Shown: positions 32,880 through 43,800 of the stretch, piece by piece | Layout: each line of letters starts with the position of its first letter | Numbering within the stretch: the stretch's first letter is position 1 | NCBI GenBank assembly: GCA_963727805.1 | Contig: CAVSHF010000003.1 | Span: 768,001 to 832,000 of the forward strand | Direction of reading: 5' to 3' | Source of the DNA: an uncultured Nitrospiraceae bacterium | GTDB taxonomy: Bacteria > Nitrospirota > Thermodesulfovibrionia > Thermodesulfovibrionales > Dissulfurispiraceae | DNA length: 64,000 bases | Translations under genes and position numbers: made by a program | Notes under the pieces: model-generated | Database searches by the model: none | What the model saw: only the letters and a program-made list of their open reading frames with translations | What the model was told of the DNA's origin: nothing

Positions 32880-33256
32880 GATCATTCAGATTTACTATCT
32901 GGATCACCGAGAGAATACCAAGAGTAGGTTTAATCAGCCTTATATGCAGCTATCAGGTAGCACTAACTTCTAAACAATAGTCACGGCAACGGTAAAAGTC
33001 TTTCCGGTAAATCCTTAGTCAGTGCAAGTGCTTTGCACTATTACCGACAATAGAGAGTTGCCTGTAGTAGTAGCTTCTCCCCTGCCATTCCCATAAACGA
33101 TCGGAAAATACAAACTTTATTGTATGTTTACAAAATATTTTGTGACGTCGTGGCTGATAAGTCTAAATAGATTCCTGCAACGTAATCTCCCGTGAGACGT
33201 GGAGAGGCCTTTTGAATAAGCATTGATTGCACATTAAGGAACGATTAACTGATAAG

Positions 33257-33271
33257 TGGCACAGGTTTTGC
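33257..33271 (+). promoter_or_regulatory. Sigma-54 (-24/-12) promoter
   Basis: TGGCAC-AGGTT-TTGC upstream of the methyltransferase. Confidence 0.75.
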
Positions 33272-33356
33272 TCAATAATGGACAGACTTAAATCCGCATA
33301 ACATAGGATTCATTGTAATAAGAGCTGTTGTTCATGGAGCTTGGTGGGGTACTGTA

Positions 33357-34133
33357 TTGAAATATCATGATAACATCGCAACAGCGTTTAGCTCGGCCAG
33401 AAGAGCTGACGCCAGAATCATCGATACGCTGATCTCCGCACTCGACGTAAAACGAGGCGCTCACATCGCCGATATTGGTGCAGGGACGGGAAACTATTCC
33501 AACGCCTTGGCTGACAGTGGATTGTATATGTCCGCCATTGAACCATCGGAAGCTATGCTCCGGCAAGCAATAAAACACAAAAACGTGAAATGGTATCTGG
33601 CTAGGGCCGAGGCGTTACCCTTGTATAGAGAATCTTTGGACGGCATCATCTCTGTGTCGGCAATTCATTTTTTTTCAAACCTGATGGATGCGAGCAAAGA
33701 GATGGCGCGTGTTTGTGCGTCCGGCAGAATCATCATATTCACCTGCGATCCAAGGTTGTCCGAAGAATTTTGGCTTTCTGAGTATTTCCCCGAGATGATC
33801 CGGAGGCGCTATTGCACCTATGCCAATATTTTTCAAATGATGAAAATAATAGAAGGCTTGACTGCTCGCAAAGGAATGATTATACGATTCCCTGTTCCCC
33901 ATGACATCACTGATACATTTGCCGGGTCCGGATGGAGACGACCTTGGCTATATTTGGATGACCAAGTTCGTAATTCCATGTCGGAATTTACCATGGCATC
34001 GCAAGACGAAGTTGACAGGGGATTGATTAAATTAGCAAGGGATATTGAGAGTGGAGAATGGACAAAAAAAAATAGCTGCCTGCTTGAGATGAACGATTAC
34101 GACCTCGGATACAGGTTTATCGTACTTTCATGA
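33357..34133 (+). CDS. Class I SAM-dependent methyltransferase
   Basis: IADIGAGTGNY, AIEPSEAM, AEALP motifs. Confidence 0.92.
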   Translation: MKYHDNIATAFSSARRADARIIDTLISALDVKRGAHIADIGAGTGNYSNALADSGLYMSAIEPSEAMLRQAIKHKNVKWYLARAEALPLYRESLDGIISVSAIHFFSNLMDASKEMARVCASGRIIIFTCDPRLSEEFWLSEYFPEMIRRRYCTYANIFQMMKIIEGLTARKGMIIRFPVPHDITDTFAGSGWRRPWLYLDDQVRNSMSEFTMASQDEVDRGLIKLARDIESGEWTKKNSCLLEMNDYDLGYRFIVLS

Positions 34134-34340
34134 TCAGAATGCCTCACTGCCAAAAGCATATCACACTGCAATGAAGAATGCACCCCCTTTACTTATGGCT
34201 TTGGCTAATACGCAAACCCGACCACTGCCACTTGATACCCAGCGCTTCATCCTTCTTGCCAAGAATGTTCATTACGAACGTAACTATCGAAATTAGATTC
34301 TCAATAACTACTCCTACGCATCAAATATGGTATAACCAAG

Positions 34341-34493
34341 TTATGGACGGTTGTTAACCGCTCATAAAGGGGCAGGAGGACGTTAACTACAGGGTCATTG
34401 AATCCTTTTATCAGTCAGTCCCCTGTCTCCCAAAAGCCATGATAAGTTGATAGGGCTAAGAGCTCTTGTAAACATGGAGATATGGTTGGGAGG
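34341..34493 (+). ncRNA. Putative bridge RNA of IS110 copy 2
   Basis: Same sequence as 27000-27152. Confidence 0.75.
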
Positions 34494-34530
34494 CATCCTG
34501 CCTAAGATCCTATGTGGGAGGTGCTTGGAA

Positions 34531-35727
34531 ATGAGCAAAGCATTCATTGGCATCGATGTGTCAAAAGAGCATTCGGCTGCCCAAGGCATCGATAGTGACG
34601 AAAAGAAGCTTTTTTACTTAAGGTTTTCGATGGACTCAGCAGGGTTTGCAGAGCTTCGGACTGCGATTAAAAGATGCGCTGTGAACCTGGATGATATTGC
34701 TGTTGCGATGGAGTCCACCGGCTGTTATCATATCAACCTCTTTTCCTTCCTATGTGCGGAGGGACTTCGTTGTGTGGTAGTAAATCCGCTTCTAATATCC
34801 AAGTTTGTTCAGGGGTCATTGAGAAAGACCAAGACAGATAAGAAGGATGCGATGACCATAGCGCAGTTTCTTCTGAACAATGAAAAGAAGCTTTACTCCG
34901 TGACCGAGTCCCAGGATGCACAGGATCTCAGGGATCTGGCCAGAGAACGGGAGTCTCAATCATGGATGATTGCAACACTGAAGAATGACCTCAAAAGGTT
35001 GCTGCAGAGCACTTTCCCTGAGTTTGAGACACTCCGCAAGAATATTTACACTAAGACGATGCTGAACTTTCTTACGCAGTATCCTTCGGCCAGATTAATA
35101 CGGGAGGCAAAGAGAAAAGATATCGACAAAGCGCTCATCTGTCCCGGGGAGAAGCGAAAGAGAGTACAGATTAGTGCTGACGATCTTATCAATGCGGCAA
35201 AGCGTTCGGTGGGCTCAGCTGGTATAGCAAAGGAGCTTATTGTCTCTGAGAAAGCAACAACGATCCTATACCTTGAGGAAAAGTGTGAGAAGATTACCGA
35301 GGAATTGGTGGATGCGTGTGAGGCAACACGGATCGAAGATCTTGAGATAATGAAGACTCTCGATGGAGTGAAAGACATTACTGGATCGACCTTTTTAGCA
35401 GAGATGGGAGAGCTATCCAATTACAAGTCATATAAGAGTTTGATAGCTTTTATGGGGCTTGATCCATCTACCAATCAGTCAGGGCAGCATGTGGGGCCAA
35501 GCAAAATATCGAAACGAGGGAATCGTCATCTGAGGCGAGTCATCCATATAATGACAATGTGTTCAATAAAGTCTGACAATATATTCAGACAATACTATCT
35601 TAGAAGGATAGCCGAAGGATTGCCTAAGATGAAGGCATTAATGGCGACATCTCACAAACTGATCAGAGTGATCTTCTCTATGCTTTCACATAGAACGACT
35701 TTTAAAAAGGAGGTGGCTGCTGCATAG
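34531..35727 (+). CDS. IS110-family recombinase/transposase
   Basis: Same motifs as copy 1. Confidence 0.96.
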   Translation: MSKAFIGIDVSKEHSAAQGIDSDEKKLFYLRFSMDSAGFAELRTAIKRCAVNLDDIAVAMESTGCYHINLFSFLCAEGLRCVVVNPLLISKFVQGSLRKTKTDKKDAMTIAQFLLNNEKKLYSVTESQDAQDLRDLARERESQSWMIATLKNDLKRLLQSTFPEFETLRKNIYTKTMLNFLTQYPSARLIREAKRKDIDKALICPGEKRKRVQISADDLINAAKRSVGSAGIAKELIVSEKATTILYLEEKCEKITEELVDACEATRIEDLEIMKTLDGVKDITGSTFLAEMGELSNYKSYKSLIAFMGLDPSTNQSGQHVGPSKISKRGNRHLRRVIHIMTMCSIKSDNIFRQYYLRRIAEGLPKMKALMATSHKLIRVIFSMLSHRTTFKKEVAAA

Positions 35728-35730
35728 TTG

Positions 35731-35790
35731 ACTTATAATCCACATCTAAACACATAATAATTATTCCGATGTTTACAACCGGAAGTCAAG
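35731..35790 (-). repeat. Right arm of boundary repeat abutting IS110 copy 2
   Basis: ACTTATAATC-N28-ATGTTTAC-N4-GGAAGTCAA; GGAA at the same offset as in other copies. Confidence 0.7.
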
Positions 35791-35948
35791 ATAGCAGCAA
35801 AATACATGCTCGTCAGCGGCAGGATTTAAGAGCGAGAATCGGGGCAACATGACCTTCGCGGCTTGCCTGCGGATTTCGGTGATGGCGACCAGCTGTTTCG
35901 GTCGATGGCGACCACTGCGAGAACGTCGTCGCACTGGGGTTAGTCATA

Positions 35949-36701
35949 TTACTCGGAGTGGTCGCGATGCGTCAAGTTTTGCTTCTTTTTCCGCATCGAC
36001 TCTCCCTTCAGCGTGATCTTGTGCGCAGCGTGAATGATCCTATCGAGTATGGCATCGGCCAGCGTCGGTTCTCCGATCAACTCAAACCACTTTGAAACAG
36101 GATACTGGCTCGTTATTAGCGTTGATCTGAGTCCGTGCCGATCCTCTATGACTTCCAGGAAGTCCCTTCTCTCTGCCTCATTCATTGAAGATAAGCCCCA
36201 ATCGTCGATAACGAGAAGCTCTGTCTTGGCTATCTTGTTCAAGAGTTTCAGGTAACTGCCGTCTCCTCTCGCTATTGCGAGCTCCCTGAAGAGCCGTGGA
36301 TAGCGGTAGTAGATTGCCGTCATTCCTTCACGGCAGGCTTTTTGTGCAAATGCTTCAGCGAGGTAGCTCTTGCCAATGCCCGTAGGCCCCGTGATGATAA
36401 CGTTGTGGTGGTTCTTGATCCACTCGCAGTTTGCCAAAGAGAGAATAAGAGACTTGTCGAGACCCCTTGAGTGCCTGTAGTCAACGTCCTCAATAGTCGC
36501 TTGCCTTTTTAGTTTCGCCGCCTTGAGCCTTATGGCGAGTTTTCTGTTTTCCCGGTACAGCCACTCTCTTTCTACGATCATGGCGAAGCGGTCATCAAAG
36601 GACAGCTCCGTCATGGAGGGCTGCTCACGTTGCTCATTGAAGCCCGTAACCATTCCGCTCAACTTCATATGGTAGAGCTTCTCTACTGTCTGGTTGTTCA
36701 T
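35949..36701 (-). CDS. istB: IS21-family helper ATPase
   Basis: GPTGIGKS, LLVIDDWG, ADAILDRI, GESMR. Confidence 0.96.
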   Translation of the reverse strand: MNNQTVEKLYHMKLSGMVTGFNEQREQPSMTELSFDDRFAMIVEREWLYRENRKLAIRLKAAKLKRQATIEDVDYRHSRGLDKSLILSLANCEWIKNHHNVIITGPTGIGKSYLAEAFAQKACREGMTAIYYRYPRLFRELAIARGDGSYLKLLNKIAKTELLVIDDWGLSSMNEAERRDFLEVIEDRHGLRSTLITSQYPVSKWFELIGEPTLADAILDRIIHAAHKITLKGESMRKKKQNLTHRDHSE

Positions 36702-36718
36702 AAACCTCCTTGTGTTGT

Positions 36719-38263
36719 TCAGTTGTAGTAATCGCTGCCCCTGATGTTGTCGTGATAGACGATAGCTGTCACCTCCTTGTCTTCGGTTATCGGTAGCTGG
36801 TCAATGCCATGCTCAAGGATTGAGTTAACGCTTCTGTATGAGAACGACCTGATAAGGAGTGCCCTTTGAGCTGCGGCCTCAAGCCGCTCGGCAGAGTATC
36901 GTTTGCCAAGTCTCATGATTCCGAGGCATGAGCGGTATCCCTGTTCGGGATGCGGCCTGGCGAGCATGATCTGTTCAAGCAGTTCTGCAGTATGCGGGCC
37001 TACTGTACTTGCAGCCCAATGGATGATCCTCGATGGCGACCACTCAAGATAACGCTGATGGGACTTGGGTCTATGCTCTGCGATCGTCGTGAAGCCTCCC
37101 TTCTGGAAGCTTCTTTGATGCAGGGCTACTCGCCTGGATTTGAATAGAATCTCTACTGTATTCATAGTCATCCTGACGTCAACCTGCTTTCTAACAAGTT
37201 GATAAGGAACGCTATAGCAGTGACCTTCGACCTCGATGTGATGGTCGATGTTGACGGTGGCTTTCTTCCACTGGGCATATTGGTATCGTTCCAGTGGAAG
37301 CGGTCTCAATGCCGGCTTGTCGATCGCCTCAAACATCTCGCGTCTGCATCCGGGCAGCTTTTTGAAGGGACGATTGTTGAGTCGCTCAAGGAGCTCTCGG
37401 ATTGCTTCATTCAACTCGCGCAGGCTGAAGAAGGTTCGGTTTCTAAGGGCCGCAAGTATCCATCGAGTAACAACGAGCACGGCTGATTCGCCCTTGGCTT
37501 TGTCCTTTGGCTTTGCTGCTCTGGCAGGGATGATGACTGTGCCATAATGGGCGGAGAACTCTTGGTATGTGGCGTTCAGTTCCGGCTCGTATCGACAGGC
37601 CCTAGTCACTGCAGCCTTGAGATTGTCAGGCACCATAATCATAGGGACCCCACCTATAAACTCCAGGGCGTTTATATTGCAGCTGATCCAGGACGGGATG
37701 TCTTGACGCAGCACCGCTTCGGCATAAGTATAGTTGCTGGCACCAAGTACTGAGACGAAGATCTGGGCTTCGTAAACTTCCGTCGTCAGGGGATTGATGA
37801 TGGGGATGGTTTTGCCCGCGAAGTCCAGGAAGAGCTTTTCGCCTGCACGATGAACCTGTCGCATGCTGACTTCAACGGTCTCGGCCCAGCGCCGATAATG
37901 CTCGCAGAACTGAGTATATTGATACCCGTCGGGGTACTTCTCTTTGTACTCCTGCCATAGGAGATAGAGCGTTACGCCCTTCTTCCTCAGTTCCCTGTGG
38001 AGTTCATCCATTGCCGGAAGTGGCCGGACTGTATCCCGGGCAACAGATTCCTTGCCGAACAGCAATTGCTCAAGTCCGGTGTCGTCGAGATCAGAGGGCA
38101 GCGGCCAGGTGATCGCCGCCTGTTCCGCCTTCTCAAGATACTTTACGACGGTGCTGTGCGAAACCTTCACACAGCGGGCAATCTGCCGCTTGGGTAGCTT
38201 CAGGTCGAAGTGTAGTCTTAATATCTCTCTCGTCTTTTGCATGGTTATGGTCGGGGTGGACAT
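36719..38263 (-). CDS. istA: IS21-family DDE transposase
   Basis: GEKLFLDFAG, VPDNLK, KPKDKAKGE, HDNIRG; GGAGG RBS before 38263. Confidence 0.96.
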   Translation of the reverse strand: MSTPTITMQKTREILRLHFDLKLPKRQIARCVKVSHSTVVKYLEKAEQAAITWPLPSDLDDTGLEQLLFGKESVARDTVRPLPAMDELHRELRKKGVTLYLLWQEYKEKYPDGYQYTQFCEHYRRWAETVEVSMRQVHRAGEKLFLDFAGKTIPIINPLTTEVYEAQIFVSVLGASNYTYAEAVLRQDIPSWISCNINALEFIGGVPMIMVPDNLKAAVTRACRYEPELNATYQEFSAHYGTVIIPARAAKPKDKAKGESAVLVVTRWILAALRNRTFFSLRELNEAIRELLERLNNRPFKKLPGCRREMFEAIDKPALRPLPLERYQYAQWKKATVNIDHHIEVEGHCYSVPYQLVRKQVDVRMTMNTVEILFKSRRVALHQRSFQKGGFTTIAEHRPKSHQRYLEWSPSRIIHWAASTVGPHTAELLEQIMLARPHPEQGYRSCLGIMRLGKRYSAERLEAAAQRALLIRSFSYRSVNSILEHGIDQLPITEDKEVTAIVYHDNIRGSDYYN

Positions 38264-38562
38264 TGTGCCTCCTTGATGAATGGTCAAGAAGAAACAATGA
38301 CTTATAACCCCCTGCTATATCCAGCTAAGACGACGCTCTCGTCAGCTCCTATATGACCTCTCGTTTCGGACTACGACCAAAAGTGGTCGCGCTCAGTCCG
38401 AAATGGGTGGTCGCGATACTCCGAAACAGGTGGTCGCGATGGACCGAAATGACTGGTCGCGATGCTCCGAAATACGCATGCCCCCCAGATAAGACTGTCA
38501 TGGCTATATAGGCCGACTTGCTAATACAAATATCAAGTGTGCTTCTCTTTACACTGTCTCAT

Positions 38563-39216
38563 TTAAGTTCCAACATTCAGGTAAACCAAAAATAAATTAA
38601 CAAATGCATGAACTACAATGGAAGCAATAAGCCCTCCTCTCATGTAAACATAGGTGAATATGACAGAATACAAAAAGATAAATAAAAGATTTATGTCAAA
38701 TACCCCCCATATGCCATGAGGCAAAACAAACAAAACGGATGAAAATAATATAGCCTGGACGTTACTCAAGCTTTTTTTGAGGATTTCAAAAAAATAGCCT
38801 CTAGCTAAAGTTTCCTCAAGCACAGGGCCAGCGACAATAAGTAAAAATAGGGTTGGGAAAAAATAGGGATATTTTATCTCGAGTATTTCCTGTACAAAAG
38901 GGATGTTTTTACCGAAAACCAGAATACTTGTCACCGCAACAAACCAACTTGCGACTATGCCCAAAAACACATAGATAAGCATTTCTCGACTTATTGCAAT
39001 TTTAGGAACAACTCTAGTCCTAATCGCCAGGTAAACAATTGCCACTGGCGATGATACTGCAGACGATGATAACATCGCTATTGTTAGCATCGGAATCATT
39101 GGGAACGCATCTGCTATTTTAGGCGCAACATAATAGCCACCTAATGCATGAGCTACAAGTAAAATGGCAAAACCTTCTATGACAATACTGATATTGTTAC
39201 GGTTAGATGAATTCAA
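38563..39216 (-). CDS. CPBP (CAAX/Abi) family intramembrane protease
   Basis: PVLEETLARG, FVLPH, HAFVN motifs. Confidence 0.9.
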   Translation of the reverse strand: MNSSNRNNISIVIEGFAILLVAHALGGYYVAPKIADAFPMIPMLTIAMLSSSAVSSPVAIVYLAIRTRVVPKIAISREMLIYVFLGIVASWFVAVTSILVFGKNIPFVQEILEIKYPYFFPTLFLLIVAGPVLEETLARGYFFEILKKSLSNVQAILFSSVLFVLPHGIWGVFDINLLFIFLYSVIFTYVYMRGGLIASIVVHAFVNLFLVYLNVGT

Positions 39217-39277
39217 TAATCGGGCTCAACTTTCCAAAAAATATAGAACCTTTTAACATCAGATATGACAGTGCTTG

Positions 39278-39340
39278 CTATTTAATAATCAAGAGTGCAT
39301 CCAATACTGAGAAGATGCTATGTTTCAACTTGCAATCAAT
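39278..39340 (-). repeat. Cassette-boundary repeat, variant core
   Basis: CTATTTAATAATC-N29-ATGTTTC-N4-TGCAATCAAT; internal TGCATC..GATGC hairpin; close to the 28390 copy. Confidence 0.75.
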
Positions 39341-39449
39341 GGTGCTTCCGGAAAGCCCCGCTTGAAGGTGAGAAATCCTAGTCTTTTTCTACAGCCTCGA
39401 ATATTGGAATTCTGCGGTGCGGCGGCGCTACATCCGGGGCAATAATTAG

Positions 39450-39983
39450 TTATGGCGTACAAACTATCAGCTTACCTTTGGTATCGATGCAGAACCAATC
39501 GCCACCCTTCAGTTCATGATACTCGCCGGTGGAATCTACTGGTACCGTTCTGCATCCGTTGCATACAAGAGCCTTTCCCTCCTCAAATGCTTCGCATCCG
39601 TCAAACTGCGGAATGATAGGGCCTCTACCATCCATCGTTGCATAACCGCATTTTCCTCCGCGCTCAAAACGAACAAAGTCATTATGGAAATTATCTGGGC
39701 CATTGTCGACGGGATAAACGCCCGCCACCACAACCTTGCCCTGCCTGTTCACATACATCCAGCCTTGCACTTTCCCATAAACGATCGCCAAGTTGCCATT
39801 GAATTTAAGATTAGCCAGATGAAATCGCTTAACTTGAAGCCACTCTTTCCCACGTTGTTCGAGGCAATTCTTATGCTCTGAGTAACCATCCGCATCTGAA
39901 TACCAGCAGGGTAACCCGCCCGCTGTAGAAATTCCAACAGCTGCTGTGATGATCACGGCAACGAGAATCGAAGTTCTTTTCAT
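39450..39983 (-). CDS. Exported WG-repeat protein
   Basis: Signal peptide; WMYVNRQGK, DNGPDNF, GKCGY..PQFD..AFEEGKA.VC. Confidence 0.82.
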   Translation of the reverse strand: MKRTSILVAVIITAAVGISTAGGLPCWYSDADGYSEHKNCLEQRGKEWLQVKRFHLANLKFNGNLAIVYGKVQGWMYVNRQGKVVVAGVYPVDNGPDNFHNDFVRFERGGKCGYATMDGRGPIIPQFDGCEAFEEGKALVCNGCRTVPVDSTGEYHELKGGDWFCIDTKGKLIVCTP

Positions 39984-40007
39984 AGTACGCCTTAACAATG
40001 TCATTAA

Positions 40008-40105
40008 TGTTCATCTTTCAGCAACTATAGCTCATATTTGTTCCTACTTAGAGTCATTCCTGTCAATTTTCTGCCGTGTGTGAAGGATTCTTTTGGAAAT
40101 CATCG
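40008..40105 (-). repeat. Cassette-boundary repeat, degenerate (core ACTT 40046-40049)
   Basis: TTCATCTTTCAGCAACTATAGC..CCTACTTAGAGTC-N39-GGAAATCA. Confidence 0.65.
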
Positions 40106-40469
40106 GCGATAAAAAGCCGCCTTGACAACGCCTTCGTGCAGAAATATCCATTTTGCTTGATCTAACCCAAACCATTCAATTGTAGATGAAAGAAATGATC
40201 TGCAGGTGAGCATTCACGTTTGTAATCAACGCATAGAACAACATGGCAGGATTAATAATTACCAGAAAAAGCCAGGATCGAGGACTAGAGAATAAAATAT
40301 CCCTCTTCCTTTGTTAAATATTACCAGCAAAGAGCGTTATAATCTAACTAGTACACATGGAATGATTGCTTCCGTGTCATCGATTAAAATGATACGAGGC
40401 AGGTGACACCAGTATGGCCTTCCGACTGTAATGTAATGCACATGGAAATTATCTTAGGCAAAGTGATAG

Positions 40470-41066
40470 ATGAAACGATGTGAATGGGCCAATGGAAGCC
40501 AGTTGGAACAGTCTTATCATGATAATGAATGGGGTGTGGAAACTCATGATGACAGAACACTGTTCGAATTCCTCATACTGGAGGGCGCTCAGGCCGGGTT
40601 GAGTTGGTCTACCATTCTTAACAAGCGTGAAGGGTACAGAGACGCCTTCGATAATTTCGACGCCCTGAAAATTTCCCAATACTCAGAGAATAAGATTTCC
40701 ACATTGCTCACCAATCCTGAGATCATAAGAAACAGGCTCAAAATTATCTCAACTATCACCAACGCAAGAGCTTTCGTACAGGTACAGAAGGAGTTGGGAA
40801 GCTTCGATAATTACATCTGGAAATTTGTGAATGGGAAGCCTATAATGAATTCATGGAAAAAGATAACAGACCTCCCCTCCAGTACCCCTGAGTCTGAGGC
40901 CATGAGTAAGGATTTAAAAAAAAGAGGCTTCAAATTCGTCGGTGCTACAATTTGTTATGCGTTCATGCAGGCAGTAGGCATGGTTAACGATCATGTTGTG
41001 GACTGCTTTAGATACAAATATATTAAACGGCAAAAACGATCTCGCGGGAGTAAGGGTTCTGCCTAA
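40470..41066 (+). CDS. tag: DNA-3-methyladenine glycosylase I
   Basis: RCEWA, YHDNEWG, LEGAQAGLSW, GMVNDH..C. Confidence 0.96.
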   Translation: MKRCEWANGSQLEQSYHDNEWGVETHDDRTLFEFLILEGAQAGLSWSTILNKREGYRDAFDNFDALKISQYSENKISTLLTNPEIIRNRLKIISTITNARAFVQVQKELGSFDNYIWKFVNGKPIMNSWKKITDLPSSTPESEAMSKDLKKRGFKFVGATICYAFMQAVGMVNDHVVDCFRYKYIKRQKRSRGSKGSA

Positions 41067-41352
41067 AATCTTTGCTTTCTAAAACATTCTATAATTCTCT
41101 TAATCTACGGAGGATTTCGTCCCGAAACATTACTAATCTCGTATATGATGAATGCCTCTCAACAATAAAGGGTCTGTTCTCAGATTAATAATTAAGAAAG
41201 CTTGAGTTCCAGAATCAAATACGCACGGGTTGTGAAAAAACTGTAGCTTACACATGAAAATAAATACAGATGCCATGTCAGATTCTGGGGCTTTAGAGAA
41301 AACCTTCCATCCATGTCCGGACCAGAGACAGATTTTCTGATGGACAGGTTCC

Positions 41353-41733
41353 TCATTGTGCAGGGGGCGAGACATGTTCAATCTCACTGACATCAGGCGC
41401 TGTTCCGTGCACGGAGCCACAGCCTTTTCCTTCGGTGAAGTAGCCGATAATTATATCCCTCGGGTTTATTTTCCAGTGGATTAAACAATCCTCATTGAAA
41501 GGTTCGACAAAGATAAAATAGCCGTTCGCTAGCGGGTACGAAGTCTCTTCCCAATTGATTTTAGATGCGTAGGTATCGGGATTCTTCATCGCTTGTTTCA
41601 TTTCTGAAAGCGGTCTAGCTAGCCATTCGGTGCCGTGGTCGGTAACCCTCTTTTCCATGGAGGCACACCCAAACAGCAAAACGAAAAGCGCCGCCATACA
41701 GCACTTCTTCCATATGTTTGAAATATATTTCAT
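41353..41733 (-). CDS. Hypothetical lipoprotein
   Basis: Lipobox LFGC after a hydrophobic stretch. Confidence 0.65.
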   Translation of the reverse strand: MKYISNIWKKCCMAALFVLLFGCASMEKRVTDHGTEWLARPLSEMKQAMKNPDTYASKINWEETSYPLANGYFIFVEPFNEDCLIHWKINPRDIIIGYFTEGKGCGSVHGTAPDVSEIEHVSPPAQ

Positions 41734-42397
41734 TATTATTTTCCTCATCGAAACCCGGTCGATACGTAATCCCATTATACCAGATACTACCCCTGCCTGC
41801 ATGCGTGCTGATGATCTATGACATAATCCTCTGCCCACTATCATCTCTTCTATTCGGACGTTAATGTATCGCTGAATTACTTGTTCATATTATACTTGAT
41901 CGCCATACCATGGAGTCACCAAGACGGCATGCATAGGACTGGGCGTAAGCTGCAGGGACTTGCGGTTCAAAAACGCCAATACATAATAAATTTCATGTCA
42001 TCGGTTAATGGCTCTTATTGGCTTTCTTTACGAATTTCTGTTTGACTCAAAGAAAAATAACTATTATTTTTTCACATACGCTGTCGGCACATAATCAGAG
42101 TAGCGATGCTTTTCTTATGTATCAGAATTTATAGGTAGTTTAATGAGAGGCCTTGGGATTTTAAGTTCAGACCATCAATGCTCTAATGCCATTTCTATGG
42201 GGAGTCAAATGTGAATAAACACTTTCTCGGCATTCCCAAAAGCGTTTTCTTGAAGGTGGAACCGCTGAAATCGACATCAATAAGTACGAGAGCAAAGATA
42301 CAAGTCTGGGGAAAGTCCCTTTGCGAAATGGTCCCTACGCAATATGGAATGTTAGGAACCTGCTGTAGACATTGTGGAAAATTGATAAAGTCGAGGC

Positions 42398-43420
42398 TTA
42401 GCGATTGCTTCCTTCCAGAAAGCCCTTCAGTGCCTGCCAGTACAAATCGAAACTTTGTACCTGAGGGAGGTGTCCCGCACCCTCAATCTCTACAAGACGA
42501 CAATCAGGAATTGCTGCCTTTGTCATGCGCCCCAACTCCGGGTATTTCCCCATCCTGTCCTTCACATCGTCAGGGGCCCAAGCTTTGCCGAGCGCAGTCC
42601 TATCCTTTTGTCCTATGATCAAGAGAACAGGCATCTTGAGGTCTCCAAATTCATAGAGCACCGGCTGAGTGAATGCCATGTCCGTCGTTAGAGCAGACAG
42701 CCGAGCCATTCGATGCCAATCGGGACCTTGAATCCAGCCAGCTTGTATATCGACAAGACTTTCATATTCTGGCTTCCAAGTGCCGCCAAAATAATTCGTC
42801 TTCATGTAATTACGGACAGTAGCCGGAGTTGATTTGAGTTCGTTGGCATAAAGCTCATCAATAGTCTTATAGGGAACCATTCTCTTCCAGTCCTCCAAGC
42901 CGATGGGATTCACGAGAACGAGCCGTTCAACGCGTTCAGGAAACATCAAAGAGAATCGAGTTGCCAGCATGCCACCAATAGAGTGACCTACCACGGATAC
43001 TTTATCAATATGAAGGCTATCCAGCAGAGCTTGTGTATCCCTTGCAAGCTCTTGAAAGCTAAACTGGAACTGTTCCGGCTTCGATGATTTTCCAAAGCCG
43101 ATCTGATCCGGGACGATGGTACGGTATCCTCTGGACACAAGAGCACGCATCGTAGGTTCCCAGTAAGCGCCACAAAAGTTCTTACCATGCAAAAGCAGCA
43201 CCGTTTGACCATTTGCCTTTTTTGGCACAACATCCATATACGCTAACCGAAGAGTCTGCCCCTGAGAAATAAAGGAGAAGCTCTTGACCTCAAATGGATA
43301 GGAGTAACCCGATAAATCGGCATCGTATGTAGAGACCCGGTCAAAAGCTTGGACATTCCAAACAGACAAAACTAGTGCCAACAATATTATGAAGAAGAGC
43401 AGGTCAATATGCTTTCTCAT
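42398..43420 (-). CDS. Exported alpha/beta-fold hydrolase
   Basis: [22 protein letters not shown] nucleophile elbow, AGHLP. Confidence 0.93.
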   Translation of the reverse strand: MRKHIDLLFFIILLALVLSVWNVQAFDRVSTYDADLSGYSYPFEVKSFSFISQGQTLRLAYMDVVPKKANGQTVLLLHGKNFCGAYWEPTMRALVSRGYRTIVPDQIGFGKSSKPEQFQFSFQELARDTQALLDSLHIDKVSVVGHSIGGMLATRFSLMFPERVERLVLVNPIGLEDWKRMVPYKTIDELYANELKSTPATVRNYMKTNYFGGTWKPEYESLVDIQAGWIQGPDWHRMARLSALTTDMAFTQPVLYEFGDLKMPVLLIIGQKDRTALGKAWAPDDVKDRMGKYPELGRMTKAAIPDCRLVEIEGAGHLPQVQSFDLYWQALKGFLEGSNR

Positions 43421-43800
43421 GTTAAAGCTCCTGGAAATGGCGAGGCAGTCGCCCGCCATTATTATTATGCTGCATGCGGTCCTTTGATGAATTATAGGGG
43501 CGAAGAAGGAGAGAGTCAAGAAGGTCGCAAAACTTCACATTTGTACCTTTTTGAATCACGCTTATTTGTCTTCACTAAGATGACGATGAATAATAGGCAA
43601 AAGATGCAGAATTCGATCATGGGAAATTTTCTGGGATAAACTTCCTGATCAAATAGAGACCCCCCCTTGAGCATAGCGTTAAGATTGTGTCCATTTGCGG
43701 TCGGTCGTGACAGGTGTCACATATCTTAAACTAAGTTTGATGTAAATTGTAGGTAGGTGGTTTGCAATAAACAAATATAAGTCTTGTGAGGTGAGCAGCA

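Larger units (their letters stand above)
34229..35734 (+). mobile_element. IS110-family element copy 2 (minimal IS probably starts at 34310)
   Basis: Direct repeat of copy 1 (offset 7341); one protein difference, Q>R (A27989/G35330). Confidence 0.93.
35868..38478 (-). mobile_element. Second, distinct IS21-family element, 2611 bp
   Basis: Ends TGCGGATTTCGG.../...CCGAAATACGCA; four TGGTCGCG..CCGAAA repeats at 38383-38473; 4-bp direct repeat TGCC. Confidence 0.94.
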
